Source of the DNA: Felis catus | Taxonomy: Eukaryota | Assembly: GCF_018350175.1 (NCBI RefSeq) | Contig: NC_058368.1 | Location: forward strand, 132,806,001-132,870,000 | DNA length: 64,000 bases | Reading direction: 5' to 3' | Part shown: one piece after another, positions 25,481-39,107 of the stretch | How the letters are laid out: every line of letters begins with the position of its first letter | Position numbering within the stretch: the first letter of the stretch is position 1 | The notes under the pieces: model-generated | Told to the model about the DNA's origin: nothing | Database searches by the model: none | Seen by the model: the letters and a program-made list of their open reading frames with translations, nothing else | Made by a program: the position numbers and the translations under genes

Positions 25481-26588
25481 TACTTTTTTTGATGAGGGAG
25501 ATGAAGTAAACATTTATTCACACAGACATTTCAGATAGAAGCTCTGTGGTCAAATTAATTTTCAAAGTATTTCTAAAGGGATAAAATTCTAAAGTGTAAT
25601 ATTTTTACAATACATTTAGATGAAATATTTCATTCCTTAGTAATCCCAGGTTACTATGTGAAAAGTGGCTGGAAAGAGTCAGTCCTTTTAGTGTTTACCC
25701 TGGTATGTCCTTGTGGAGGTAATGTTGGAGCTCAATTTTAGTAGAGTGCAGTGATTTTGATGTAATTGTGTTTTTCCACATTGAGGTTATATTGTTTGCA
25801 TGATTCCAAAGTTTGATGCATGGATCTATCTTCTTGTTAATGATGTCCTTGGAATTTCGAACCTTAGACTAAATCTAGAGTCTGGAGGGATAGGTAGGGA
25901 TCAGATTGTTTTGTTTGTATTAGGACCAATGCAAGAAACCTGTAATTTCCTTGCCAAGGCTATCACTTAGCCTAGAGTAAGTTGGTTTGACTTCCCCATC
26001 CCTGGAGATTTTGAAGTGATTTAAGAAGTATACTAGGGTATCTTTTTGTGACTGCAATTAAGATTTACTCTTAGTCTTCTAGGAAAAGATAAGGATCCTG
26101 GCAGCAGCACATAAATTCTTTGGATGTCCTGTTAATCTCTGGGGACTTCAAAGATTTTGTTAATTATCCTGGGAGTAACTGCAGAATAACAGAGGCTGTG
26201 TATAGTAGACACACTTTGATTTGTCAGAGATACTTGATATCAACATAGTGTCTTGTCTGCTCTTTTGAAAACCATCCCCAAGCCAGAAACCCTGGGAATT
26301 TTCTTCTTGACGTTAGTTACTGAAATCAGTACTACTTCTGTCAGTTCTTTCCTTTAAGTATCTATAGAGTGAGATATTTTAAGGTAGGCTAGGAAGGCTG
26401 GTAAGGTACAAAGCAGTGAGAGGCTTTTGGTAGGCAAAGGGCTAAAAATTATGGTAGATTTTTTTCTGATAATAAAAATTCAAATACAGAACCATAAGCA
26501 AACCATAATCCCATCTCCTAGAGATACTCATATCAGTGTGTTATATGTTCTTCTGAACACTTCTGTATGTATTCTACTGAGGCAGTGA

Positions 26589-26590
<2 letters not shown>

Positions 26591-26628
<38 letters not shown>
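26591..26628. repeat. (AT)n microsatellite
   Basis: About 19 AT units. Confidence 0.95.
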
Positions 26629-26634
<6 letters not shown>

Positions 26635-26779
26635 TTAAATATAAATGGGAGAATGTATTTCATTTATGTGGAGATATAGTAGGCATATATATGTGTTAAT
26701 TAGCATTAGGATTATTTCTGTGTTGTTATACATGACAGTACTGTACAGAGTATGTGTTCTCTGCGCATAAATGTTTGTA

Positions 26780-26995
26780 CTTTTTTAAAAAAATTTTTTG
26801 GTAATGTTTATTTATTTTTGAGACAGAGCATGAATGGAGGAGGGTCAGAGAGAGAGGGAGACACAGAATCAGAAGCAGGCTCCAGGCTCTGAGCTGTCAG
26901 CCAAGAGCCCGACGTGGGGCTCGAACTCACGGACTGTGAGATCATAACCGGAGCCGAAGTCGGACGCTTAACCGACTGAGCCACCCAGGCGCCCC
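26780..26995 (-). mobile_element. Can-SINE
   Basis: Full length, TSD taaatgtttgtactttt. Confidence 0.92.
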
Positions 26996-27155
26996 TAAAT
27001 GTTTGTACTTTTATATCATTTTTTTTTCTGTTGGATAAATACCCAAATTGCATTTGCTATGTGTGTACTTCAAATTGATTGATAGAAGCAAATTCCTTCT
27101 GAAGATTTTGTATCAATTTATATTTCCACCAATAGTATGTAAGAGTACCTTTCTA

Positions 27156-27840
27156 TTTTTTTTATATTAAGTATAATTTATTGTCAGATTCGTTTCCATA
27201 CAACACCCAGTGCTCATCCCAACAGGTACCCTCCTCAGTGCCCATCACCCACTTTCCCCTCTCTCCCACCCCCCATCAACCCTCAGTTTGTTGTCTGTAT
27301 TTAAGTCTCTTATGGTTTGCCTCCCTCGCTGTAACTCCCCCCCCCCCCCATGTTTCTCTCTTAAGTTTCTCAGGATCCACATATGAGTGAAAACATATGG
27401 TAACTGTCTTTCTCTGCCTGACTTGTTTCACTTAGCATAATACCCTCCAGTTCCATTCACGTTGCTGCAAATGGCACAATTTCATTCTTTCTCATTGCCA
27501 AATAGTATTCCATTGTATATATAAACCACAATTTCTTTATCCATTCATCAGTTGATGGACATTTAGGCTCTTTCCATAATTTGCCTATTGTTGAGACTGC
27601 TGCTATAAACATTGGGGTACAAGTGCCCCTATGCATCAGTACTCCTGTATCCCTTGGGTAAATTCCTAGCAGTGCTGTTGCTGGGTCATAGGATAGATCT
27701 ATTTTTAAATTTTTTGAGGAACCTCCACACTTCTCCAGAGCAGCTGCACCAGTTTGCATTTCCACCAACAGTGCAAGAGGGTTCCCGTTTCTCCACATCC
27801 TCTCCAGCATTTATAGTCTCCTGATTTGTTCATTTTAGCC
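27156..27840 (-). mobile_element. 5'-truncated carnivore L1 (ORF2 C-terminus + 3'UTR)
   Basis: The ORF at 27457-27810(-) reads YDPATALLGIYP...CTPMFIAA...WKEPKCPSTDEWIKKLWFIYTMEYY, the L1 ORF2 C-terminus. TSD taaga(g/a)tacctttcta at 27140-27155 and 27841-27856. Confidence 0.93.
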
Positions 27841-28564
27841 TAAGAATACCTTTCTAAGTCCATTCTTGAACAAATTGGATATTAGCTATCTTAAAATACT
27901 TGTGCAAATCTGAAACTGGTAATAAGAACACAGGCTTTGGAGTCAGATTGCCTAGTTTTAAATGTACTACTTACTAATTGTGATGTTGGCAAGTTCAGTA
28001 TAAGAATTCTTTTAGGAATATTACATTTTTGTGTGCCTTTTCTGTTTCACGTGGATTTAGTTGGTTTGTTGCTTATATGCTTTAGTTATGGTGTTTGCCA
28101 TATAGAAGTTTAAATTTCAGTGTAATCAAATTAGTCAATATTTATTTTGGGGTTTAATGATATTTTTGGAAAGGATGTGTGCCAAGATTATAAATATAAT
28201 AACCTAAGTTTTGGCTTAAGGAGTGAAATAATCATTTGGATTTATTCTTAACCATGTTTTTATCTAGTTATATCACCATTTGTTGGGTAAATCATCTTTT
28301 TAACTAAAGTTCTATCTTTATCAATAGTAAATTTCAGCATATACTTACGTCAAGATTTTCTTTTTGTTGTCTTTTTTGTTATAATACACTGCTGTCTTGA
28401 TTTTTTTTCTTCATTTTAGTATGTTGATATCTGAAGGTGTTGTTTTATCACTGTACTTTAAAATGAATTTTCCAGGTGCACTTGAATCTTTTTTACTAAT
28501 TTCTAAATACTTGTTGGTGTGTTGATTGAAAGTACTTTAAATTCATAGATTAATTTAGGAAGTA

Positions 28565-28797
28565 CAGTAACTTGTTTTGCGAGCATAATTCGTTCTGGAA
28601 ACATGGCTGTAATCCAGAGCACTTGTATGTCAAAGCAAATGTCAAAACTCATTGGCTCAGTTGTGATCAAGTGACATTACTCATATTACAAGACATCACT
28701 CATTTATCAAGTTAAAATTTGATTTTACCTTGCTCGTCTTTGGTACGCCTTGCGGAACACTCACAGAGCAAGTTACTCACAATCCGACGTTTTCCTG
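28565..28797. mobile_element. Probable Tc1/mariner-Tigger-like MITE
   Basis: Begins TA|CAGTAA and ends ...ttttcctg with an imperfect inverted terminus. ~230 bp, locally CpG-retaining. Confidence 0.4.
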
Positions 28798-29321
28798 GAA
28801 TTGATACCTCAAAAGTAGCATATCTCTTTATAGGAACGTGTAAATTTTCCATTTATTTAATAGTTTATGCTCTTCACTGGCGATTATGATTTTCTTTCTT
28901 GTTCCATCCATTTTTTTATTAGTAATATGTATTTCTTGTAATTATTAAAGAAGGTGTATATTTTTGCTGTGTTTATTTTCACAAACTTAAGGAAGAGTGA
29001 GAGCTGTTGCTGTTATGAATGGAGCTGTTTTATAAATTGTATTCTTATCTGGATATTCAAGTGAAGGAGATTGATTTTTTTTTTCATATGTTATTACCTA
29101 CTGTATTATCCTGAAGACTTTAAAAGAAATTGCTAATAGATTTTTAGTTGATGTCCTTGGATCTTCCAGGTGTATAATTATAGGTGTAATGGTAATAGTA
29201 CTTTTTATTTTTAATGTAATTATAAATATATTACTTACATTGTATATTCTCATATTTTTGTTATTTGAGGTGTATACTAACAAGTAATTAATACCAATCT
29301 ATTTAACTACAAAATTCCTTT

Positions 29322-29510
29322 TTAAAAAAAGTTTTTATTTAAATTCTAGTTAACATACAGTGTAGTATTAGTTTCAGGTGTACAGTGGGTGATTCAACAC
29401 TTCTATACATCACCCTGAGGTCATCACAGAGGTGCACTTCTTAATCCCTGTCACCTCTTTCACCCATCTCCCCACCACCTTCCTTCTGGTGACTATCAGT
29501 TTGTTCTCTG
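29322..29510 (-). mobile_element. Short carnivore L1 3' fragment
   Basis: 'ctagttaacatacagtgtagtattagtttcaggtgtaca'. TSD ttaactaca(a/c)aattc. Confidence 0.8.
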
Positions 29511-29879
29511 TTAACTACACAATTCTTCCCTCAGTTTCCTTCCATTGTTTGAGACCATCCTCCAACATTAGGGTAACATTTAATCTTCAGTAATCGGATA
29601 GGGAATTTTTATTGCTGAATGGGAGCTTGTATTTAATCATACTGTATTTGTTTTCTTAACATTGGCTGTGGGATTAGGAGGAAGAAAAACATAATCTGCT
29701 AAACTGAGTGTGATTGGTTAGAGAAATAAAAATCCTTGGGTTGATTTAAGTAGAAGTTGGTGCCTTCTACTATTCGGCCCCTTAATTGCCTCTTGAATGT
29801 ATTTTCATTAATACTAGAATGGCTTCTTGAACCTTCTTTTGTGTTTTTTAAGAGGTTTAGAAGTGAATTTTAATTCTTT

Positions 29880-29880
29880 T

Positions 29881-29919
<39 letters not shown>

Positions 29920-32900
29920 GAAGAGAAAGAGCATGGAGAGAAGGATAGAGGTGGGGCAGCAAGAAGAAGGGAGGAAGGGGGAGGATATCATAAGTGGGCT
30001 TCGTGCTCAGCGTGGATCCCACAACCCTGGGATCATGACCTGAGCAGAAATCAAGAGTCAGACACTCAACCAACTGAGCCATCCAGGTGTCCCCAATCTT
30101 CTTGTTTTTTAACTGCTTTTTGATTTGTCTCTGAAAAAAATAATACCAAACATTTTCCTTGAACTCTTAGTACTTAGTTTGATGCTCAGTAGTAATTATG
30201 TATATCATTAAATGACAGTTATTTTGGTCTTTTGATTATAATAGTAAATTCTCTACTTAGAGTAGTTTATACACACTAAATGTTGTTGTCACTTTACATG
30301 TTTCACTGGCCTGCACCTTATCCTTCCTTGTAATATAATTAATAGATAATTTGGTGTGAATGAAAGATATATTCCCCAGAATGCTGATATTTTTCTTATA
30401 TTCAATGGCTTTTGTCACTGAAAGTGACAAATTTAGAAAACAGTGTAGTTTCCATAACTATCCTATACTTTTTTTTTTTTAATGTTTGTTTATTTTTGAG
30501 AGAGGGAGAGAGACAAGATTGTGGGCCGGGGAGGGGCAGAGAGAGAGGGGACACAGAATCGGAAGCAGGCTCCAGGCTCTGAGCTGTCATCACAGAGCCG
30601 GATGTGGGGCTTGAACCCAAGACCTGTGAGGTTATGACCTGAGCCAAAGTAATACACTCAACCACTCAACCGAGTGAGCCACCCAGGTGCCCCTACGTTT
30701 GTTTTTGTTTTTTGTTTTTTTTTTTTAACTTAACAGAAGAGGAAACTATTGACCCAGATGGGGAAGTGAAATCCTAGAGGTCATTTAGTTTGTTAGTGAT
30801 ATAAATGAGGTTAGAAAAATAAGTCCAGTTTTCCTGATTATATTGGTTTTTCCTTTACACAGATACTTTCTTAGGTATTTTCTGAAGTATACATTTTCTG
30901 TAGAATAGCACTTTGTTTTGTGCCACATGTTTGTTTTTTGCCTTTTAATTTTCATTCTTCCCCAGCTTTATTGAATTACTGACATAAAACCTTGTGTAAG
31001 TGTATGGTATACAGTGTGTTGATCTAATAAATGTATATTGCAGTATGATTGCCTCCCCTGTTAGCTAACACCTTCATCACATCTAAGTACATAATTACTT
31101 TTTCTCTTAGCAACTTTCAATTTTATAACATAGTGTTGTTAACTATAATCAGTCACAATGCTGTGCATTAGATCCCCAAAACTATAGTTTTTTTGGTTTT
31201 TTTTTGTTTTTTCTCCTCAGAACTAAAATTCTAGGGGTACCTGGGTAGCTTAGTCAGTTAAGTGTCTGACTCTCGATCTCATCTCAGGTCATGATGTCAG
31301 GGTCATGAGTTTAAGACCCATGTTGGGTTCTGCACTGGGCATGGAGCCTACTTAAAAAAAAAAAAAAGAACCATACTTGTAACTGGAAGCTAGAATAGCA
31401 ATAGTTTCCAAATATTTTTAATAGATATCATAGAAAACCAAGCTATGAATTCACATAAATGATGAAACCTTGAACTAATACACCCTTTTTTCCCCATCTT
31501 TGGCAGATGCCAGTTTGTTATAGATGATCATTTTTAAATTTAGAAATAATTGGAATACAACTCAGTTTACAAAAAATAAGTAAACATCTATATTTGAGCC
31601 AAGGAGATCCATGGAAAGGTTTATGATAATCCAGTATGTAACTGAAGGAAAGGTGCAAAATAGTAAATAAAAATCACATGCATTTCTACCTCTGTGGGAT
31701 AATCACTATTAATATTTTGTTGTGTTTATTTCTAGTCTTGAGCTTGTGTATTTGTGCATGAGATGATATGCTTTTTGTTTTTTTTGGTTTTTTTTTTAAA
31801 AATTTTTTTTTCAATGTTTTTTATTTATTTTTGGGACAGAGAGAGACAGAGCATGAACGGGGGAGGGGCAGAGAGAGAGGGAGACACAGAATCGGCAACA
31901 GGCTCCAGGCTCCGAGCCATCAGCCCAGAGCCTGACGCAGGGCTCGAACTCACGGACCGCGAGATCGTGACCTGGCTGAAGTCGGACGCTTAACCGACTG
32001 CGCCACCCAGGCGCCCCAGATATGCTTTTTGTTTAAAAGAAACAAAAACTGTTCCTAACTTTGTGCTCTTTTTATTACAAGCAATTTTGTTTTATGTTTG
32101 ATGAAATTTTATATATTTGACATTCCCATCCATTTTTTTCATAGCATGGTATTTAACACACAATGAATATATTCTTGGTATCTATTAATTTTTATGTAGT
32201 TATCATACTGAGAATGGTATTTACTTTAAAGAGACAAGACAAATGCTAGTTTACTTTTTCTCCACTTTTTAAACTACTATTTTCTGCCATGCATCGGATA
32301 CATAGTATTATTGGGCACTTTCTTCAGAGTAGTGTTTAATTCTTTGAACTATGTATGAAGTAAAGAGGTTTCACTGTACCCATTTACAGAGCACAGTTTC
32401 TTCCTGTACTACAGTGTCTCACCTATCAAGTCTACTTCCCATGTCAGAGCAGGGACTTGAGACAGATATTTGGAGGACCATATGGCATCTAAAACAACAT
32501 TTAAGCACCTAACTTGTGCTAAGAACTGTCCTAGGCTCAGGGGAGAAGACAAGGAACAAATAAATATATTGTCTTCCTTAATTATATTCCTAGTCTGTAA
32601 ATAGCCCTACCTTTATTTTGATAAATAAAGAAACTGAGGTACATAGGGATTCTTTGGCCAGGATCCATTGTTCTTTTCAGTGTCTTTACTTAAGCATTTA
32701 CTTTGCTATGTAACTTTCTAGCATTTTTTGTTTGATCGGTGATTGTTTTATTTTAAGTAATCTTTTTACCCAATGTGGGGCTCAATCTCAACCCCAAAAT
32801 CAGAAGACGCGTACTTTACTGACTGAGCCAGCCAGACGCCCCAATTGGAGATCTTTTCAGCTAACAAATACAAGGTCAGTCTTTTTAATGGTTTTTCCTT

Positions 32901-34560
32901 TTTTTTTTTTTTTTTTAATTTATTTTTGAGAGAGAAAGAGAGAGACAGACAGTATGATCAGGGGAGGGACAGAGAGAGAGGGAGACACAGAATCTGAAGC
33001 AGGTTCCAAGCTCCAAACTGTCAGCACAGAGCCCTATGTGGGGTTCAAACCCACGAACCATGAGATCATGACCCTAGCCGAAATTGGACGCTTAACCAAC
33101 TGAGCCACTCAGGCACCCCCTTGTGTGTTCAATTTGACTGTTATGTTTAATAGTCCTTCTTAAATATAAGATTTGAGGTAACTTTTAATACGATGTGAAT
33201 GTTATAATTTTTAGAAAATCATGGAAACCATGGAAAGAAATAAGGAAATTAATAGTTTTAAAGTAATATAGTATGATTAGTCTGATAGACCAGATGTGGC
33301 TGTGCTCCCTGGGAGCCAAGGTTCTCATTACCCTAAATAAAGAAATGTATCACAAGTTCTCCAGAGGAGACAAAAGATTTTCCTGGCAATTCTAAATGAT
33401 TTCTGAAATCTGAATTCCCTTATGTAAAAGCTGTTGAGTAACAAATGGGCAATATTGTTGGTGACAGTTAAGTAGCTCATATTCTATGGCTCTCAGGCTC
33501 TTTTTCATAATGATTTATTTTTTTTTTTTTTTAATTTTTAAAAGTTTATTTTTGAGAGTGCAAGAGAACCTGCTCATGCGCAAGGAAGAGAGGGGCAGAG
33601 AGGGGCACAGAAGTTCTGAAGAGGGCTCTGCCCTGACAGCAGTGGCCCTGACATGGGGCTCGAACTCATGAACCAACGAGATTATGACCTGAGCCAAAGT
33701 CAGATGCTCAAATCAACTGAGTTACCCAGTCGCCCCTGATATAGTTCATTAATTTTTTTAAATAATTTTTTTAATAAAGAGAAGGGTATAACATAAAAAG
33801 CTCAGTGAAGATGGCTTGTATATAAGGATAGGATGATGTAATTCAAAATAATTTTTTTTTCTACTTTAACTTAATCTAAGGGTAAAATAAACATGGATAC
33901 CCCTCCACTTATCATTGTTCTAATTTGGACTTTTGCTAGCTGGATAGCAGATTATTTCAGGATTTTGTTTTCTAATGAAGGAATAGCGTATCAATTCAAT
34001 TTCACTTATTGGTGCGCTGGAAATCAGTTGAGGAAATGGTATGTTTATTTTCATATTACGAAAGTAGAGAAGTATTTATGTCTGAAAGAAGGCTATTCCT
34101 TCTCTACAGAGTGTTCTTGGCCATTATAAAGGAGGCACGTTTAAATCTGCTCCTGGCACGTAATGTAGATGCTTTACTGAGACCACTAAAACACCAAAGA
34201 ATATGATACAGATGATTTTAGCTTAAGAGGTTTTCAGTTTTTCCATTAGTATAACCATTCACATGTTTGCTATTAAAAAATGCTCATAGTCCCAGGAAAT
34301 GTCAGATTTTGAGCTGCATGGTGTGCCAATTTGCTTGACTGAGTTGGCTTTGAAAAGAAAAACTTGGGGCGCCTGGGTGGCTCAGTCGGTTAGGCGTTCG
34401 ACTTCAGCTCAGGTCATGACCTCACAGTTTGTGGTTTTGAGCCCCGCTTTGGGCTCTGTGCTGACAGCTGTGTGTCTCCCTCTCTCTCTGCCCCTCCCCC
34501 ACTTGCACTCTCTCTCTCTCTCTCAAAAACAAATAAAACATTGAAAAAATGTAAAAAATG
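29880..34560. mobile_element. Can-SINEs: 29880-30093(-), 30468-30694(-), 31233-31368(+), 31781-32017(- young), 32750-32842(-), 32895-33120(-), 33515-33737(-), 34366-34560(+)
   Basis: Recognisable heads and tails. The young copy has the perfect TSD gatatgctttttgttt at 31765-31780 and 32019-32034. Confidence 0.88.
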
Positions 34561-34622
34561 AATAAGTAGAAAGAAAAAAAAGAGAGAGAGAGAAAGAAAA
34601 AAGAAAAAGAGAAAAACTCTTA

Positions 34623-34816
34623 GAGGTGCCTGGGTGGCTCAGTTGGTTAAGCGTCCGACTGTGGTTTAGGTCTTGATCTCGTGGTTCATGAATTCAGGGC
34701 CCCACGTCAGGCTCTGTGCTGACAGTTCAGGGGCTCCACCTCAGGACCGCAAGATCATGACCTGAGCCAGTTATCAAGAATTGGATGCTTAACCAACTGA
34801 GCAACCCAGGTATCCC
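34623..34816. mobile_element. Fused inverted SINE heads (sense 5' half joined to antisense 5' half)
   Basis: Sense head 34623-34730 is followed directly by a reverse-complement head 34731-34816, with no CT tract or tail. Confidence 0.85.
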
Positions 34817-34947
34817 ATAGAGTGAGGTATTATTTAACACTGAATGATTGCATGTTGTAATATGAATGTCACTGACAGAAATTGTAATTTTTCCAGTTTA
34901 AGTATAGCCATTCCTTTTTCCATAAGAAGTATCAGGACTAGCTGTCC

Positions 34948-37272
34948 TTTTTTAAAATAGACTTGATTTTCCAGACGAATTTTAGGTTCACAGCAAAATG
35001 GAGCATAAGGGTACAGAGATTTTCCCATATACCCCTTGTCCCCATACATGCATAGTGTCTCCCATTACCATCATTTGCCACCAGAGTAGTTACATTAATT
35101 ACAGTTGATGAACCTACAGTGACATACAATTATCACCCAAAGTTGATGGTTTATTTTAGGGTTCATTCTAGGTGTCTTACATTCTGTGAATTTGAACAAA
35201 TGTATGATGACATGCCCATCATTAGAGTATCAGACTGGACAGTTCCATTGCCCTAAAAATCCTCTCTATTTCTGTCTTATCATCCACCTCCCACCTTCAA
35301 CCCCTGGAAAGCTCTGATGCATAGTTCTGCTTTTTTCAGTATATCATATAGTTGTACTTTTGTGTTTTTTTTTAAATTTTTTTTTTTCAACGTTTATTTA
35401 TTTTTGGGACAGAGAGAGACAGAGCATGAACGGGGGAGGGGCAGAGAGAGAGGGAGACACAGAATCGGAAACAGGCTCCAGGCTCTGAGCCATCAGCCCA
35501 GAGCCTGACGCGGGGCTCGAACTCAGGGACCGTGAGATCGTGACCTGGCTGAAGTCGGACGCTTAATCGACTGCGCCACCCAGGCGCCCCAACTTTTGTA
35601 TATATGTATATATAGACTTTTCAGAATGACTTCTTTTACTTTGCAATATGCATTTACAATTCTTCCATGTCTTTTCATGGCTTGATAGCTCATTTCTTTT
35701 TAACTCAGAATAATCCGTTTACTGAATGCACCAGTTTATTTATCCATTCACCTATTGAAGCAGGTCTTCGTCGCTTCCAAGTAATGACCGTTAGGAATAA
35801 TGCTGCTATAGACGTCTGTGTGCAGGTTTTTCTGTGGTCCTGTTTTCACCTCCTTTGGGCAAATACCAAGGAACACAACTGCTGGATCATGTTTAAGAGT
35901 ATGTTTAGTTTTGTAAAAAAACCTCCAAACTGTCTGCCAAAGTGTCTGTACAGTTTTGCGTTCCCACCAGCACCGAATGAGTTTCACATCCTTGGTAGCT
36001 TTTGGTGTTGTCAGCCTTCCGGATTTTGGCCACTCTAATAGTTTGCAGTGGTATGTCATTGTTTTAATTTGTGTTACCCTGATAACTTATGACATGGAGC
36101 ACCTTTTCTTATGCTTATTGGCCATCTGTATTTCTTCTTTAGTGAGGTAAGTATTAAGATCTTTGACTTATTTTTAAATTGGATTGGTTTTCTTATTGTT
36201 GAGTTTTCAGAGTTCTTTGTGTATGTTGGGTAACAGTTCTTTATTAGATGTGTCTTTGCAAAGATTTTTTTTGCCAGTCTGTGTCTTATCTTCTCATTCT
36301 GTGGACATGGTCTTTTGCAGAGTAGAAGTTTATGATTTTCATGAAGCCTTATTTACCAATTATTTCTTTCATGAATCTTGCTTTTTCTTTTTTTATTTAT
36401 TTTGAGAGAGAGTGTGAGAGTGAGAGAGCAGGGGGAGGTCAGAGAGAGGGAGAGACAAAGGGTTCACACATCAGTGCAAAGCCTGACACTGAGCTTGAAC
36501 TCATGAACCGTGAGATCATGACCTGAGCCGAGATCCAGAGTTGGATGTTTAACTGTCTGAGCCACCCAGGCGCCCCTCATGAATCTTGCTTTTGGTATTA
36601 CATCTAAAAAATCCTTACCATAAACAGAGTCCTTTAAGTTTTGTGCTGCCTTATCTTCTAGGAATTTTATTGTTTGTGTTTTACATTTAGGCCTATTATT
36701 CTTTTTTTAAAAATTTTTTTACATTTATTTATTTTTGATAGGCAGAGAGAGAGCACAAGTGGGGGAGGGGCAGAGAGAGAGGGAGACACAGAATCCAAAG
36801 CAGGCTCCAGGCTGTCAGCGCAGAGCCCGACGCAGGGCTCGAACTCACAAACTGCAAGATTGTGACCAGAGCCGAAGTTGGATGCTTCACCGACTGAGCC
36901 ACCCAGGCGCCCCTAGGCCTATGATTTTTTTTTTTTTAATGTTTTTATTTATTTTTGAGACACAGATAGACAGAGCATGAGTGGAGGAGGGGTAGAGAGA
37001 GGGGGAGTAGAGAATTTGAAGCAGGGTCTAGGCTCCATGCTGTCAGCATAGAGCCTGACACGGGGCTTGTACTCACAAATCATGAGATCACGACCTGAGC
37101 CGAAATTGGACACTTAACCAACTGAGCCACCCAGGCACCCCTAGGCCTATGATTCATTTTGAGATAATTTTTGTGACGGATGATACAAGGTCTATGTCTA
37201 GATTCATTTTTTTGCTTTTGGTTTCCAGTTGTTCTGGCACCGTTTGTTGGAAAGACTGTGTTTGCTCCATTC
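34948..37272 (-). mobile_element. L1MB-type LINE 3' portion with four nested minus-strand SINEs (35364-35590 young, 36385-36576, 36700-36913, 36925-37141)
   Basis: 'tttaggttcacagcaaaatggagc...gtacagagattttcccatatacccc'. The ORF at 35748-36059(-) has L1 ORF2 C-terminal motifs (CWWERKTVQTLWQTVWRF, HDPAVVFLGICPKE). Confidence 0.85.
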
Positions 37273-37947
37273 ACTTGTTTTTAGGGCTGTATTTTTAAAA
37301 TTGCACAAAGATATTTTATGGATTTGTGTTTGCTTTTTCTCAGAGAAAGAGTCATTATGAATTGATAAGTTATTCTAAAGGTGTCAGCGATGTCATTTTT
37401 TTCCTACCATCTATTTTGACATAAACAGGATATTTGAATTGAAATTTTAGAATGGTTTCTACCCATAGGACATGCATGATATTTTATTGAAGAAGACTCC
37501 CAAGTCCATACGCATATAGGTGTTTTTTCAACAGGAACATTAAAAGTGTAATTTATTATCATATCAGTCCTTGGCATTTGTGGACCTTCATTGTCCTTTC
37601 AATGACTGAATCATTGATGTCATGTAATACTCTTATACTTGGAGTCTTTTTTAAGTAATCTCTCCATCCAGCACGGGGCTTCAACTCATGACTCTGATAT
37701 CAAGAGTCTCATGCTTTACCTACTGAGCCAGCCGGGTGCCCCTATACTTAAGAGTTGTAAAACTTGCCTCTTACTTGTCGATTGACCTTTGTTTATATTT
37801 AAATATGAAATATCTAATTTGGAGGGGTCTCAGAGTTCATTGTATGTGAATGAACTGGGCATAAAACACTGGCACTTCTTAACTGCTCTAGCAATAATAT
37901 TTTTTTGCTTCCTTTTCCACAGAGAATTTTAAAGAAATTTATTATTT

Positions 37948-38021
37948 GGGGAACCTGGGTGCCTCAGTCAGTTAAGCATCCGGCTATTTTTTTTTTTTTA
38001 ATTTTTTTAATGTTTATTTCT

Positions 38022-38056
<35 letters not shown>

Positions 38057-38388
38057 CTTGAGCAGCAGAGGGGCAGAGAGAGAGGGAGACACAGAATCTG
38101 AAGCAGGTTCCAGGCTCCAAGCTATCAGCAGGGATCCTGATGTGAGGCTCGAACCCACAAACTATGAGATCATGACCTGAGCCTAAGTCACACACTTAAC
38201 CACCCAGGTGCCCCTACCATCTGACTCTTGATTTTGCCTGAGGTCATGATCTCACAGTTCATGAGATCAAGCCCATGTCAGGCTCTGTGCTGACAGTGTA
38301 GATGGAGCTTGCTTGGGATTCTCTCTTCCTCTTTGTTTCTGCCCCCCTCCCTGCTTGCACACTCTCCCAAAATTAATAAACTTTAAAA
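37948..38388 (+). mobile_element. Sense SINE split by a nested antisense SINE (~37988-38214)
   Basis: Head at 37948-37987 resumes at ~38218 with duplicated catc(c/t)g(g/a)ct(a/c)tt. Confidence 0.85.
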
Positions 38389-39107
38389 AATTGTTACTTA
38401 ACAGAACTACTTTCAGAAGTAATGTTTGAAAAATCAAGGCTGTTTTCCACACATTATAAATTAGATAAGTCCAGGAGGACATAAGTATATGCGGGAAATT
38501 TCTACACAGAGTGTGTACAGTGAGTAAAGTCATGGGACTATGGAGCCAGCAGGGCTGAGCTCAAGGACTGTTTATGACCACGTTCTTAATACAACCTAAT
38601 TAAGCAACATCGGTTCCTCATCTGAGAAATGGGGATAAAATTAGAACCTCCTTTACAGGATTATTCTGAGAAATAAATGAGATTACACATACAAGCATTT
38701 AACAGAATACCTGGCACTGAATAGCTATCACTAAATGTCCATTTTTCTTGTTATTTTCTATCATCAAGTAATGGGACTTAATCCCTAAACTTTAATTTAA
38801 ATTCTGACTTGTAAACATAGATATTTCTCATAACCTTAGAAATAACAGTAGTTAGAAATTTTCAGTTCCACTTTGGTTAAATGGAATAGTTTATAAAAGT
38901 TGGCAATACAGCAAGATAATGTTGTAAATTGTACATTCTCTACAATAGTGATTACTTGCTAACCTTTGGGATTCCTTCAAAGCCTAAACATCATTCTCCT
39001 ACAAAATAACAACAAAGGAAATAGTTTTCGGGCACCCAGACATCATCTTAATAAAATGTTTTTTTTTTTTTTGCTTTCTAGCAAATTCTTAATGGTTGCC
39101 CTTTAGT

